DNA from: Octopus bimaculoides
Taxonomy: Eukaryota
Length of the DNA: 64,000 bases
Direction of reading: 5' to 3'
NCBI RefSeq assembly: GCF_001194135.2
Contig: NC_068986.1
Coordinates: 4,348,875-4,412,874, forward strand
Shown here one piece after another: positions 33,389 to 47,916 of the stretch. How positions within the stretch are numbered: the stretch's first letter is position 1; every line of letters starts with the position of its first letter. Made by a program: the position numbers and the translations under genes. The notes under the pieces were generated by a model. The model was not told where the DNA came from. It saw nothing but the letters and a program-made list of their open reading frames with translations, and searched no databases.

Positions 33389-36300
33389 CCCTTCTTCAGT
33401 CAGTAGATGTCCTTTGTAATTTTTATTACTGATATGACATAACACGTCATATGTGTTTGTATATTGTTTTTATTGTCCTGTTCTCTTAGTTGAAAAATAA
33501 ACAGGCAAATTGACATAATACCATGTCTGCAAGTTGATGAGTACCACATATTCCCCTCCATTTTCTTATTGCTAGAGATATATATATATATAATCTCTGT
33601 TTATATATATATGTGTGTGTGTGTGTATATATATGTATATATATATATATATAAAATCTCTGTATATCTGTATGCCTGGTCTTTTTCATCCCTTACATAT
33701 TTTTTAGTTAATCGCTTCCATAGACTTTCTGTTGTGAATTCTTACATGTTGTTTTTTACTAAGATGTACTGTCTCTCATATCACTTGAGACACTCCCTTA
33801 TGCACTGATACACATGAACACTCTAACACAAATGCTCACATTCCCTCTTTTTCACATATATGCATACCACAGCGTGCCATCGCATGTACACTGCATCACA
33901 TACACACAAACTACATCATATACATGTATGTATATATTTATTCCATCATAGTCACTCTCACACATACAGACCACATTGCATGCACACACTTCTTTGCTCT
34001 ATCATATACACACATCATTGCACACACACTCTACAGCTTCCACAAACAATATTCTGGTAGTTGTAAAGTCTGCGAAAGAACCTCTTTACCAGAGGTTTTC
34101 AAATCGAGGAACTCCTTAGGGGTATATAAAATAAATTACAGTACATGATGTTTGTAAAAACAACTGGAATTTTGAAGCAATCAGAATTAACTAAATACAA
34201 CTCATGCATGCCTAGAGACCTTTTTGCTGTTTTTATCTTCTTATTATGATCGTGGGTTTTCAGTAATGTATAATCTTTTTAATTTTGCCGCAAGACCAGT
34301 AATTTTGATGAGAGGAGCACAAACCAGTTATATTCACTCCAGTGCTCAAATAGTGTTTATTTTATCGCCCCACCCCTGAAAGGATGAAAGGCAACATCGA
34401 CTTCAGTGGAATGTAAAGAGTTTGAAGAAATGCTGATATGCATTCTGTCGCCACCTTCTGTCGCAACGTTTATAATGAAAAACAAATTGCATACAAGACT
34501 GTTGATTGAGATTTATATGAGCTAATCCATCTAAGTAAAAATATAACAAACTAAATGAAATTGATTTCTTATACACATCAGAATAATACTATATTGTTTT
34601 AAAAGGCAAAGGATGCATTAAATAATATGGTTTTAGATTTTAGATGCAGATTACATGAAATAAAGGAATATGGGATGTTGGTGGCCAGAACAACTTTGAT
34701 CATAGATCTCTTCCTTTGGGACTCACCCAGGGTTAAACAACAGCAACGATTCTGATGTAAAGTGCATTTATAATGAAAGATATGTCCTGATCTACATGTA
34801 TGTGACTGTTCCTTTCCTGGACTATTACTGATCTGTCTTTTTATCTTCATGCCGTTTTATTTCTATTCTTTCCTCTCTTCAATTATTTCTTCCATCTTTT
34901 CTCCTTGCAATCTTTCTTTCATGTCTATTTCTTTGCACAATTCAAACCCCCTTTCCTTATAATTCTCCTTTTTTTTCATCAACATAATCCTCATTTTCGC
35001 AGTAGCTTTATAAATTTTGTTACAAAACTATATTTCTGCTAAGACAGTAACTTTGTATTTTTCTCTTTCATTTTCGTTTTTTAATTTTAATTTAGCTACA
35101 CCTTGAAAATATTTTCAAATACTATGAAATACATAAGTTTTGATAAACAAGAATTTAACTTTTTAATTATAAATAATATTGTCTTCTTAGAACTTAAAAT
35201 TTGTGAAAGAAACTGGAAAATACTATTAAAGATGAAAAAAAGAAAGAGTAGAATATCAAGGAATCCTCAGTAATTTTATATTAGATTTATACATAATGAA
35301 ATATCTATAAAAAATGGGGTTATATGTAAACAAGTTAATACTCTGTAGGCTTTTATGGTATTTGTTTTCCATATGTGTAGGTGTACTCATTGGCATAATC
35401 CCTATTATTGTTTAGAAAATATCTACGTGGCAACAGCATAAGCATTTTTTGGTTTATTTTTTTTTCTTTTTGTTAAAATTCTGCAATAAAATATCCAGGA
35501 CACTAATTCTGCTAATTCTAAGTGATCAAGCTTTATAAAGGTAGCAAATAAGAGGGCCATTCACTCTGTAAGTAAAAATGCTGAGAAAATTCCCTTAGGT
35601 GGCTTTGGATTAAAAGAGTTGACTGTTGGATTGTTGCTGCTGGAATGCAAGTTGAGGGTTGGATCAATTCCAACTGGTTGCCTGGGTGAGGATGTCTGAT
35701 GTTGAAATACCTGAAACATGTGATGTTTTCAGGTTACATCACTGATGATGTATCATAGCTCGTTCAGATGTATTTTGCACATTGAAAAGTTGTCTAAACT
35801 ATTTCGGTAATCTTGATAAATTAGAGATAATTAACGTTATACATTATATTATTGATTGATGCTGAAAAGCATCAAATTTGAAATTGCCAACTTATTATAA
35901 ATTCTATGATAAAAAATATAGGCTCCATTCTCCTATTATTCTGTTATTTCTTTTGAATTCACCCTTTTGTGATATGGTATTAGCATCACCACAAAGGAGT
36001 TTGATAAGGTAAAAGAAAAAAAAACACAAAGAGTCAGAACCTGTTTTTTCAAACTGTAATGTAGGAATTGTTAAAGAATTCTAAAATATCTAAAGGTACA
36101 TGTGATTGATGAACAATTAACGGATTTCTATAAAATATCAATGAACTAAGTCATAAAATGGGAATATGAATCCATTTTTTAACATTTTATTGCAAAATGA
36201 TGTTTTTAAAAAAATCTGGTTTTAGGATGCAATGGCACATTATATATATGGCTAATATGTGTAGCTACTGACTATACAATAGCTTTGAAGCCTGCTACAA

Positions 36301-37449
36301 CAGTTGTGGTGTTTTCCAAGTCTCATATATCATTACTCTATTTTCTATAGACAAGCTAAGTGAAAAATCATCATTTATTGATGGTTGGCAGCATTTGAAA
36401 GGACGTACACCTCTAAAAAATGCTTGTTTCAATTTAAGAATAATTCAATCCCTAACATTAGTGGAAAGCCAGTTTAAAAAAATTATCAAATGCATTGCAT
36501 TAAGGCAATATGTATAAAAGCATCAGAGTATTCTAAATAAGGCCTTGAAATGATTTGCAACCCATACATTTGAACAAGTGTATGATCTCTGTTATGTGCT
36601 AATAGGGGTTGTATTTTAGTTAAAAATATAGTAATAGAAAGGTTAATGTTTTATTATACGTAAAATAATCAATGCTGTATCTGTAATTAGCTTAAAGTTT
36701 ATTTTCCATATTAATATAGTTAGACAGAGGAAATGTTTCCTTGTAATTAATTGAGAGTGTTGGTGAATACCAAAGATGTAGCAGTTAGCTTCCAGCAAGG
36801 CAATGCTGCAGCATGTTTCAGTTCCTGCTAAAGCAACTTTACTCATGCCATTAGAATAAATCAGGGACTCTTGTTGTTTCCTATTTCTTTAATATATACT
36901 GCCATTATGCAGAAACTAATAGTTTAGAATATTCCAAGCAACTTGGAAATGAAGACAAAATTTCAGGCATTTATTTTTGTGTTTGATATTCTGTGTAATA
37001 TATTTTAGTTTCATTGTCTTTTTGTTTATTATTTTATGATGGTTTATGTCTGGAATTCAGCGAACCAAAAGAAATGTCTTAGGTTTGTTTACACTTATTG
37101 TCAACCTCTCTGTCTGGCCAACTCTTTTACTTTTGAGAGGCAATAAAAGGAAGCTAAAACAATCTTGCGGTCACATTTATCTGCCACCATGGCAATTATT
37201 GAATGGAAATAGCATGCATTTATATTTCATAGAATACTGAAAAATATTGAATATTATCATAAAAAATACATTTCTGGACATGAATTGATGTGGTAAAATT
37301 TCCATTACAGGTTTTTGTGACATAAAAGCAGGTTGGTTCACCATTGGCCATGGGGTTGTGAAAGACTGTCTCTTATTAGCTACATCTTGTTAAGAGATGT
37401 GAATTGCATTTGAAAGCTTTTAATGTACTGTAAAGCTGACGGGAAAATT

Positions 37450-37480
<31 letters not shown>

Positions 37481-37494
37481 GACTAATCTTTGTT

Positions 37495-37900
37495 ATGTAG
37501 GTGATATATTATTAATCGGTGATTCTATGAAAGAATTAGAGGATCTGTTAGTTAAAATCAGAAAAGTATGTGAACAATATGTATTATATCTAAAAGCCAG
37601 CCAAACAAATCGATTATGATTATAAAAGATAAAAGCCAGCAAGATCAAGAACAAGAAGATTTGTTTATTAATGATGAAGAGATTAAAAATGTCACTGAGT
37701 TTGTCTAGCAACGAATTGGCATTCTACACACTTATGGTAGCAGTATCAAAAACGAAGCAGAATGCATTAGTCTGAAGTGCAACAATATTACTAACCACTG
37801 TTTGGAAAAATGTTGCAATATATCCGAAACAGTAAAAAAAAAAAGGCAATGTCTACAGTCAACTAGTAATCTAGTTGCTATCTATGTATATGGCTTATGG
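37495..37900 (+). mobile_element. Decayed RTE (BovB-like) RT fragment
   Basis: YVGDILLIGDSMKELEDLLVKIRKVCEQYVLYLKASQT..NDEEIKNVTEFV resembles the YADD..LIAES..L..GL.LN..KTK region, with stops. Confidence 0.65.
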
Positions 37901-40900
37901 CGATCAAAAAGTGGGATAGTAAAATGAACTGAAGCATTTGAGCTGTTTTGGAATATCACTGACTTTAAGTTAGCTAAATGGAAAGAAATAAACTATAAAG
38001 AACACTGAGAAAATTGGTAAAAGCACCAAGAAATTTTACACAAAAAAATTGAATTGAAGTAAAGAAGGAACAGTAGAAGTAATTTTAAAAAATGAAGCCT
38101 AAACTTCTAATTATAATATTGTTTAAAATTCTCAGTATTTGGCATTTCATGACTATATTTAATTGAAGTCGCCAAGAAGTATTTTGGTTTTGTTCAGAAC
38201 AATTGATTCTTTGCAGTAGTAGTTCAAAAGATATGTTGTTTAGCCCTAGGTCAGCCCTGATAGAGCAAACATCTGATCAAAGGCATTCCATTCATTTTCT
38301 ATATCAGGAACTACATTACACAATGTCCTTCTTTTTTCCAAGATAATGATATATGATTTAAAGAATATTTAGCTACTATTTCTAGCAAGGAGAGTAACTT
38401 CTAGTAGTGCTTTCTCTTAATGGCTCACAGAAAAAATGCTTTTTACCCTTTTTAGCAAGTTTTGCAAATAAGGATTTTTAATTAGTTGAACTGATGTGTA
38501 TTAGTTTGAAGTCACAGCGACCATTTTAATTCTTGGATGACAGATTTAATTCTTTGCCTGCTTTAGTGCCACTTTTTGACCTTTACATTCCTTTAGCAGC
38601 ATCTGTTCTGTTGCATGCATTCAGGCCAGATTTTCAGTGTGTGGATAACTTTCTCCCTACTCCTTTCCACTGTTGGAAGCCCAGGAAGGAGTCATCAGCC
38701 TTGATTTCATTGCCATAAAAGGAAGTATTTTTATACCTTTTCTGCTCATGTACATAATCATTGATTTTTAAAAAAGGAAAAGACTTAGAAAAATTATTTA
38801 AATGTTCATTTTCCTATAAAATCTGAATATACCTGTTTATTTTGTTAAAGAGGCTAACTTCTTGCTTGCTGGAGATAAACTAGCAAGTTGGCAAGACAAA
38901 AGAGTAATATTAACTTTGATTATCCAAGGTATATGGATATATTATGCATAAGAAAATTCACGAAACATACATTCACATTGACACACATATACATACATTA
39001 TTTTCTCCCCCCCCCCTCTCTCTCCCTTTCTCACACACATACACATGCAATATACGAATGTCTAATATACTCATATAAATGTTTTGAATATCAATATAAA
39101 TAAAAACGATCACAAAAATTCTTCACATATTGGAATAATCTTTCTAATATTAATTTAGTTAAAAGATTATTTTCTATTTTGTTACTTTTAAAAATTTTAT
39201 TTCTCAAAATCTTTTGAGAATTTATGAAGTAAAAGATATATTGTTCTCTTTATTTCAAATTTGAATATTTTTTCTTCCTATCTATTTCCTAAGTTGTGAT
39301 ATATTTAATTTCATGTTCCTTTCATGAAATAAAATTATAATATATCTAATAATTTAAATGATATGAAAAAAGTATTAGATGATTCAATCTCATCTCCTCT
39401 AAGCAATAATTCAGTCCTTCTTTGATAGTACATAATTAAAATATACTATCAATACACTATTGAGAGAATATAATCAAAAGCTGCAATTCACTTGCGTACA
39501 AATAACAGAAGATGGGTATTTTGATATTTAGAATAGTTTTATTTTACTATTGAAACCTTTTACAAGCCTCTTCTAAAACTATTGGAGCGTATTAACCACA
39601 AACACTGCCATTTATTAAGAAACCTCTGTAAAATCACGTCACTGAGCTGTTCATTATTTGAAATAGTAAAGGAAATATTTATCTTAGACAGAAATGAGGT
39701 CTGGCAACAGAAAGTGCACCTATCCATTGAAAAATTTGCCTCAAGTTTATCTGGCTCCAGCAAGTATAGCAAAGTGGATATTAATCTGATGATGATGGTG
39801 ATGATTATATAGCAAGCAGCAAATACTTTAAATCAAGTAGTTATATAAAGGATGTTTAAATGGAATATTATCATTGTAAAAGCATGTAACATCAAGCTTA
39901 CAATCATGAGGTAATGAGTTCAATTCCCAGACTGGGCTGTGCGTTGTATTCTTGAACATGACACTTTATTTCACATTGCTCCAGTTCATTCAGCTGTAGA
40001 AATGAGTTGTGACATCAATGGTGCCAAGTTAAATTGGCCTTTCCCTTGGATAACATCGGTGGCATGGAGAGGGTAGGCTGGTATGCATGGGTGACTGCTG
40101 GTCTTCCATAAACAACCTTGCCTAGACCTGTGCCTCAGAGGGGAACCTTCTAGGTGCAATCCCATGGTCATTCATGACCGAAGGGGGTCATTACCCTTTA
40201 CCCTATCCTCACCATTTTACAATGTCCATTGATGAAATATAATATAGTCTGGAATTACTCTAATTTAGGATCATAACTGCTTTTGTATGATGGCCCACTT
40301 ATGATTTTAACAAATTATCCCATAGTTGACATGTATATTACATAATATCTTATATCTGAAAATATCCTTACCTTTTCTCTTCCTTCCGTTCCTGACAATG
40401 TATATCTAAACAAATATTAAACAAACTTTAGCACAAAAGTCTGTCTAAATTCACCAACTGCTCAAATGCTCCTTAAAAATGTGAATTTTTTTATGAAACT
40501 ATCTATCACTCACAAGGAACATCTTATTGATCTACCTGTAGGCCATGATTCTCCAGTTTCTAGCCCCCCCCCCCACTGTAACTCAATGAAATTTTCTCTA
40601 GGCAGTAATTTTGTATTCATTTTTGTACCTTAGAGTTTATATATATGTATACATGTATGTGTGCTTCCCTGTCTTTACATGGTAGTTGTAGAAAAACATC
40701 ACATTCTTATAAGCAGTGTCATTTGTTTCCAATCTTCCGAAGAAATATCTGTTCATGTAGAGATAATGCCTTGCTTGGAATCATATTATGGCTGGTGACA
40801 TGAAGGGCATCGCCGCATAAAAATATCTACCAAAATGTATTTCATTTGTGCCATGCAAACATGGAAATGTGGATGTTAAAGCAATGATGATTATGGTATC

Positions 40901-40917
40901 TATTTAGTTTAGTTAAG

Positions 40918-41075
40918 GAGAACTCTGCCAAGCCATGTCAAACCAGTGTGACAGAGTAGGCTCATCAAACCAGTATGATCTCACGCTCAAGTTCACAGCC
41001 TCCACATCAGACCATGATTGGTGGAGAGAATATGTTGAGGCAATCCAGTCCAATTCAATTGAAGAATTTCTCTAA
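40918..41075 (+). CDS. Candidate terminal exon or LINE end (GELCQAMSNQCDRVGSSNQYDLTLKFTASTSDHDWWREYVEAIQSNSIEEFL*)
   Basis: 52 open codons after TTTAGTTAAG. The in-register antisense frame is also open. DHDWWREYVEA also resembles RTE C-termini. Confidence 0.15.
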
Positions 41076-41825
41076 AAATATGGTTCAATCACTCCATAAT
41101 TACAGACATAAATTTTTGAAAAAGAAATTACTTTTATCCTTTTAAATCTCATCATACTTGTTACATGGACTGGGTCCCACAACTCAGTATTTCTGCATGA
41201 TCCCTTCCTATGAAAATGAAAAAATTAAACAGAATTTTCTAAAATTTGATAGAAATCACATTAGTTACTTTTCTTGGAGAAATATTCCTCAGATTCTGTT
41301 TGCAGTCAAAGTTGTGTTATGGTCATTATTCCTCTTGTGGTGTATTGTACAACATATTCATGAACATATCAGCCATTGAATTACACAAAATAACTTAACT
41401 TCACTTAAAGATTTATTATTTGATGATGTGATTTTCCTTGCACTAACTGCTACAGTTCCAAATCTGTTCATTTCCTGACCAGTAATTTAGATTTTTTAAC
41501 CAAGACAATGCCTCCCATTTTTCTTTCTCTTTGGTGACTTGTTTTTTGTACAGCCTAAATTTTAGCTTTGTTTATCAGGAAAAGGAGTTTCAGTAGAATT
41601 GTATCAGTGACTGGGTTGCAATTAGTGCGATGGGTATTTTGACACCAAATAGTAAACGTTTAAGTGACGTTCACAATTTTATGTGTGTTTTCGAATGGCC
41701 AATATGTGTTTTACATGCTGTAATTGTTTTAGCTTCAACATACTCTCACATTAAATCACTTGCCACACAAGTCCATTTACGATATTCAGGAATATTTTAC
41801 ATTTTACTAAATGGAAATTGCTGAT

Positions 41826-42041
41826 TTAACCTTTTTGATACCAACCTGCCTCGTACCCAAGATACAGACTTCCTGTTTTAAAGTGATCTAAATTAAAACC
41901 TTCCTTCAAAATTTCATTTTAATTCATGTCCCATGCACCAGCTTAATGGCAAAAATATTTCACTAAATTCCCCATTATTTTAAAAATTAACTGAAACAAA
42001 GGCAGTGTATTTCTATAGAAATATGGTATTGCAAGGGTTAA
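41826..42041. mobile_element. piggyBac-type MITE
   Basis: TTAA at both ends, with imperfect TIRs TTAACCTTTTTGATACCA / TGGTATTGCAAGGGTTAA. Confidence 0.7.
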
Positions 42042-42081
42042 ACAACGTCACTGTGAAAGTTTTTCAAATTGTCACTTTTTA

Positions 42082-42118
<37 letters not shown>

Positions 42119-42168
42119 NNNNNNNNNNNNNNNNNNNNNNNNNNNNNNNNNNNNNNNNNNNNNNNNNN

Positions 42169-42229
<61 letters not shown>

Positions 42230-43089
42230 GTCCAACCATAATTGACCTAATATTGTTATATTTTCTTGTAATCATGGCCATTAATACAATGTTAAACTCA
42301 AAAACATTGTTATATGTGTATTTTAAAATGCTTCTCCTTTTAGGGTTTTATTATTTATTTATTTACTGTATCTAGTTAAAATTCAAATGATTTCAATTGT
42401 TTTGAAACCTCTTTCCAGAAATTATGAATATTCCATTTTATTGCTTTAACAGCTTTTAATATATATATTTTTTAAGTGCCTCGAATATTTACTTCCATAT
42501 TTTCTTTTTCCATTACTCTAAAACTAGCTTTATCTTTGAACATTATTTTTATGATAAATGTCTTCTAGCCTTGATTCTTTTTATGTGCAAGATTCCTTTT
42601 ACTATTATTAGAGATATTATCGCAAAAGTGTTAAACATCTCACAAGTTCATATGTATTTATGTATATGCATTATATACACACGTCTGGTTACATAAAATA
42701 GGTATTTTCTTTCAGAATAATTAGGTGGAAGTAGATGTTCACTGATGCATATTCTCTTTGCACAGAGTTACAGGGTGAATTGTTTCTGCAACAGAAAACA
42801 CAATGTTCTTGATAGTGCATTTAAACTTAGATACTGCTCCATGTACAAGCATTTATCTCAAGGTTATATGCTAGAGGTCATAAAACGGGTGTTTGCAATG
42901 TTCACACCTCAAACATCAATTTCATTCATTGTTTTCTCAAAACTTTTTTGAAAATATTTTTAATACTTCAATGAGGATAGTCTATTATTATTGTTGCAGT
43001 TGTTATTATTATGTTTATTATTATTATTATTATTATTATTATTTCAACAACTATGGTTATTTTCATGACCATAAAGTATAATATTTAAT

Positions 43090-43149
<60 letters not shown>

Positions 43150-43188
43150 NNNNNNNNNNAAGACATATATATTTGTATATATATATAA

Positions 43189-43227
<39 letters not shown>

Positions 43228-44309
43228 CAGTAATTTATATTTCAAAAATATTGCTATCTTTATTTAATAATGGGTATTAAAAATGCTTATTAGATGTAGA
43301 CTTTTTTTAACAATTTTTATTTCTCTTTATCTACCCTCTACTTTAAGAAAACTAAATTTTGTAAAAACTGCTGCTTCCCCCATTTTACATTCTTTCTGGC
43401 AAGTTTAAATGCTCGTTTAAACTAAATGCAAATACTTTTTCATAAATTTAATTGGATTATTATCTCCATGTGAGACTCTGCTTCCAGTGAATACTAGATT
43501 GAATATTGCACTCAGCTATGGTACAGATATTGTTATCAGTGATTTGAAAAGATGCAGTGTTAGATCAATGATAGTTTTATTTACAGACCTGAAAAGAATC
43601 AAATTTTTGACTGATAACTATGCAAGAGTTTTGTCTGTATTCTTATGGAATTGGATATCAGAAGCATTCTCCTGCAGTAGATGGAGTAAATAGTGGCATG
43701 TTGATAATAGAACCATTTTAATGCTTCTATCTTGAACATCCTTCTACATTATAGTGGCAGTGAATTGGCCAAATCAGTAGGACATTACACGGAATGCTTT
43801 CCAGTATTTGTTCTAACTCTCTGTACACTGGTTTCAAATCTCACCATAGCTGACTCTGCCTTTTGTCCTTTCAAAGTCAGTATAAAGTACCTCTCTATTG
43901 CAGTAGATTGACAGAACTATGTAGCTCTGCTTGTGATATATATAGAATCACTGTACCAGAACAGGTACTGGTGTTGTGAATGACCAGCATGCTTAGAAAC
44001 AGTATTAATTACAAAAGGTAATATTCATCACCACTTAAAAGTGGATGTTGTGTTAGAATACAGAATACTGTGATAGTTATCATGAGAGAAACTGTCACAT
44101 CAGCTTTTGGTGTATTGCTATCTCTAGTGTCAGAGTGGCCACTATTAACAAGGCCAGGAAAGGCCAATATCACATGATCTAGTGGTCATGGTGCTGGCAG
44201 TGGTGAGTGATTTATATCCCTGCTAGAGATATAAACAAAAGCACTTTTGTTTATACCAAAAGCTAACATGCGAGTTTCTCTCTATTAAACAACTACAGTA
44301 TTCTGTGTT

Positions 44310-44460
44310 CTAACAGAACATCCACTTCTAAGTGGGGATAGTCCCACTGCGTGACACCTTGGGCAAGTGTCTTCTACTATAGCTTCGGGCCGACCAAAGC
44401 CTTGTGAGTGGATTTGGTAGACAGAAACTGAAAGAAGCCCGTCGCGTATATATATATATA
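44310..44460 (+). mobile_element. SINE family 1 head
   Basis: AGTCCCACTGCGTGACACCTTGGGCAAGTGTCTTCTACTATAGCTTCGGGCCGACCAAAGCC..GAAAGAAGCCCGTCG. Further family 1 pieces lie at 45392-45541 (-), 50785-51005 (+) and 54965-55370 (-). Confidence 0.88.
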
Positions 44461-46959
44461 TATAATGAAAGGTTTGAAAATGCACTTATTTTAAAAATAT
44501 TTATTTACTTAACCGGTTTCACTTTTTTAGAAAAAGATTATCAAAAGTCTTTGAGAATAATAAAAAATGTTAAAAAACAGTTTGAGTATTAAAATGCATA
44601 TATACATTTTTTGATGATAAAATATATTTAAAGTATAAAGCTTTGTATGAACTTTGTAGTGTTACATACTGATTATCACACATTCTCTGNNNNNNNNNNN
44701 NNNNNNNNNNNNNNNNNNNNNNNNNNNNNNNNNNNNNNNNNNNNNNNNNNNNNNNNNNNNNNNNNNNNNNNNNNNNNNNNNNNNNNNNNNNNNNNNNNNN
44801 NNNNNNNNNNNNNNNNNNNNNNNNNNNNNNNNNNNNNNNNNNNNNNNNNNNNNNNNNNNNNNNNNNNNNNNNNNNNNNNNNNNNNNNNNNNNNNNNNNNN
44901 NNNNNNNNNNNNNNNNNNNNNNNNNNNNNNNNNNNNNNNNNNNNNNNNNNNNNNNNNNNNNNNNNNNNNNNNNNNNNNNNNNNNNNNNNNNNNNNNNNNN
45001 NNNNNNNNNNNNNNNNNNNNNNNNNNNNNNNNNNNNGTGTGCATATATCTCTTTGTCTGAGTATGTATGTGTTGTTTTTATCGTCCTTGTGGTGTGTGTG
45101 TGAGAGCAACCGTACGTATGTGTGAGGGTGTGTACGTATGTGTGCGTATGTGTGTATGTATGTGTGCATCTGTGTGTGTGCGTGGGAGTGTTTTGTGTGA
45201 GTGTGGGAGTGTATGTGTCTCTCTGTCTGAGTGGGTGTGTTGTTTTAAATATCCTTGTGGTGTGTGTGTGTGTGTGTAAGCAACCGTATGTGTGTGATGG
45301 TTCATATGTATGTGTATGTATGTGTGCGTGTGTGGCATGTGTATATGAGTATGTATGTGTTTTATCTATGGTAGGATGGTGTATATATATACTCTCTTTA
45401 CTCTTTTACTCTTTTACTTGTTTCAGTCATTTGACTGCGGCCATGCTGGAGCACCGCCTTTAGTCGAATCAAATCGACCCCAGGACTTATTCTTTGTAAG
45501 CCTAGTACTTATTTCTATCGGGTCACTTTTTGCTGAACCGCNNNNNNNNNNNNNNNNNNNNNNNNNNNNNNNNNNNNNNNNNNNNNNNNNNNNNNNNNNN
45601 NNNNNNNNNNNNNNNNNNNNNNNNNNNNNNNNNNNNNNNNNNNNNNNNNNNNNNNNNNNNNNNNNNNNNNNNNNNNNNNNNNNNNNNNNNNNNNNNNNNN
45701 NNNNNNNNNNNNNNNNNNNNNNNNNNNNNNNNNNNNNNNNNNNNNNNNNNNNNNNNNNNNNNNNNNNNNNNNNNNNNNNNNNNNNNNNNNNNNNNNNNNN
45801 NNNNNNNNNNNNNNNNNNNNNNNNNNNNNNNNNNNNNNNNNNNNNNNNNNNNNNNNNNNNNNNNNNNNNNNNNNNNNNNNNNNNNNNNNNNNNNNNNNNN
45901 NNNNNNNNNNNNNNNNNNNNNNNNNNNNNNNNNNNNNNNNNNNNNNNNNNNNNNNNNNNNNNNNNNNNNNNNNNNNNNNNNNNNNNNNNNNNNNNNNNNN
46001 NNNNNNNNNNNNNNNNNNNNNNNNNNNNNNNNNNNNNNNNNNNNNNNNNNNNNNNNNNNNNNNNNNNNNNNNNNNNNNNNNNNNNNNNNNNNNNNNNNNN
46101 NNNNNNNNNNNNNNNNNNNNNNNNNNNNNNNNNNNNNNNNNNNNNNNNNNNNNNNNNNNNNNNNNNNNNNNNNNNNNNNNNNNNNNNNNNNNNNNNNNNN
46201 NNNNNNNNNNNNNNNNNNNNNNNNNNNNNNNNNNNNNNNNNNNNNNNNNNNNNNNNNNNNNNNNNNNNNNNNNNNNNNNNNNNNNNNNNNNNNNNNNNNN
46301 NNNNNNNNNNNNNNNNNNNNNNNNNNNNNNNNNNNNNNNNNNNNNNNNNNNNNNNNNNNNNNNNNNNNNNNNNNNNNNNNNNNNNNNNNNNNNNNNNNNN
46401 NNNNNNNNNNNNNNNNNNNNNNNNNNNNNNNNNNNNNNNNNNNNNNNAGTTAGGGGTTGGGGGTACAACCCACTAAGGGATAGTATCTATCCAGTATACT
46501 GCTGGGAGGGTACCCAATTATTGCTATACTAGGTGCAATCAATGGGAGCGGGTAAAAGTGGAGGTTTTACCCAAAATTTGTGTAACAATTAGAAAATGGA
46601 GGATAATATGCTGAACCCAACTACTTGCAGACGGTGTATCCCGTTGAATTCATTAATTTAATTCATAGCAAAAGTGACAAAGGGAGGAAGAAAAGAAAAA
46701 GAAAGAACCAAAGCACAGATGTCCATGGCAGACTATGTTATTTTGCCAACATGGTTTACATATAGAAGTACAAAGTACATAAGGAATTAGAGGATGATAT
46801 ATATATAATCATTTTATTTCTGCTTCCTTTGTCCACATGGGTTGCACAGGTCATCACATTCCGAGTCAGTTCTTAGAACTACTGTCCTCCTTGGCATGGT
46901 AGGAGGCACAACACTTTGCTAGGTGCTGTCTTGCAGAAGAGACACATGGCTTCCTCAGC

Positions 46960-47915
46960 TGGAAAGGAAGAGATGGTGAGGATCTATTGTCAATGTACAA
47001 GATAAATAAAAAAGAGAGAATAGAGGTTGGGGATAAAAATGCCTTGGCTGGGTAGGTGAGTTTGAGAGAGTATGAAAGGAATGTGTCTGATGGTTACAGA
47101 TGGGGATAAAAGTGGATACAATGAATGGGACACTTGGAGAGCATCAGTTTGGGAGGAAGTGAAAGAAGTATGAGTGGTCAGGGAGGAGGAGGAGGAGGCA
47201 ATGATAAGGGATAGTTTTAATGAGAAGTGTAATGGGATAAATAGTATCATTTACAGCACTCGAGTAAGTAGTGCCTTAGATAGAGTAATGGAAGGATGAT
47301 TGTTTAAAGACAAGTCGTTAGAGATGACTTGACAAGACCTCAATTTTGTTGCGTTGAACAGGTTTTGTCAAGCATCTCACCAATCACCTTAGTCCTTTGT
47401 CATCTCCTCTTGAGCTTGGCTATCTTGAGTTTGGCTACCACTGCATCCAACATCTTTCTAAGTCTACTTCTTTCACAGATTCCAGCCATGTTGAGCAACT
47501 GGCACTTCCTTATACAGCTGTCGTCAACTGCCTGCATCACAAGACTATACCAGCACAGTCTTCTCTCTCTCTCACTACATTTGACACCTCTTATACTTAA
47601 TTGTTCTCTCGACACATTTTTACTTTCTCATACATGCATACAGACATTGCACCTCCATCAGAACATAATAGCTTCATTTCTTTCTTGCCTTCACATATCT
47701 TCTGCATTCATGGCCCATGTTTGTCAACCATGTAGCATTGCTGTTCATACACAAGTGTCATAATCTGCCTTTCAATCTGAGAGAGAAACTTTTTGTTATC
47801 ACCAGCCATTTGTCTACTTCTAGCTTCCACAGCGACCAGTAGTTCAGGGACCAAAGGATCCCATTGAAGGCTTTCTCCAAGTTGGCAAATGCCAACACTC
47901 CATTAGGTTATTAAC
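46960..47915 (-). mobile_element. Decayed RTE LINE 3' part with internal deletion
   Basis: The minus strand reads LEKAFNGILWSLNYWSLWKLEVDKWLV fused to ITKSFSLRLKGRL, then SIRGVKCSERERRLCWYSLVM..DDSCIRKC (ORF 47400-47615). Confidence 0.82.
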
Positions 47916-47916
47916 A

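Noticed and set aside
34407-34427. TGGAATGTAAAGA, the miR-1 5' sequence
   Set aside because: It lies inside a diverged family 2 SINE, has no hairpin, and the 3' part does not match.
34659-34736. IWDVGGQ, the Arf-family G3 motif, in the + frame NKGIWDVGGQNNFDHRSLPLGLTQG
   Set aside because: It is bounded by TGA at 34656 and a TAA 25 codons later, has no credible acceptor, and the following residues do not match Arf DKIRPLWRHY. No other GTPase motifs were found. Probably chance; a TBLASTN with Arf/Arl proteins would settle it.
35530-35790. Exon-like segment (minus VFQHQTSSPRQPVGIDPTL...LLTE*; plus VANKRAIHS...PTGCL)
   Set aside because: Four different frames on the two strands have plausible splice sites and none can be favoured without expression data, so it is not listed as a feature.
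44230-44255. 11-bp perfect hairpin TATAAACAAAA-GCAC-TTTTGTTTATA as a Helitron 3' end or terminator
   Set aside because: The stem is AT-only and not followed by CTRR; this is expected by chance in AT-rich DNA.
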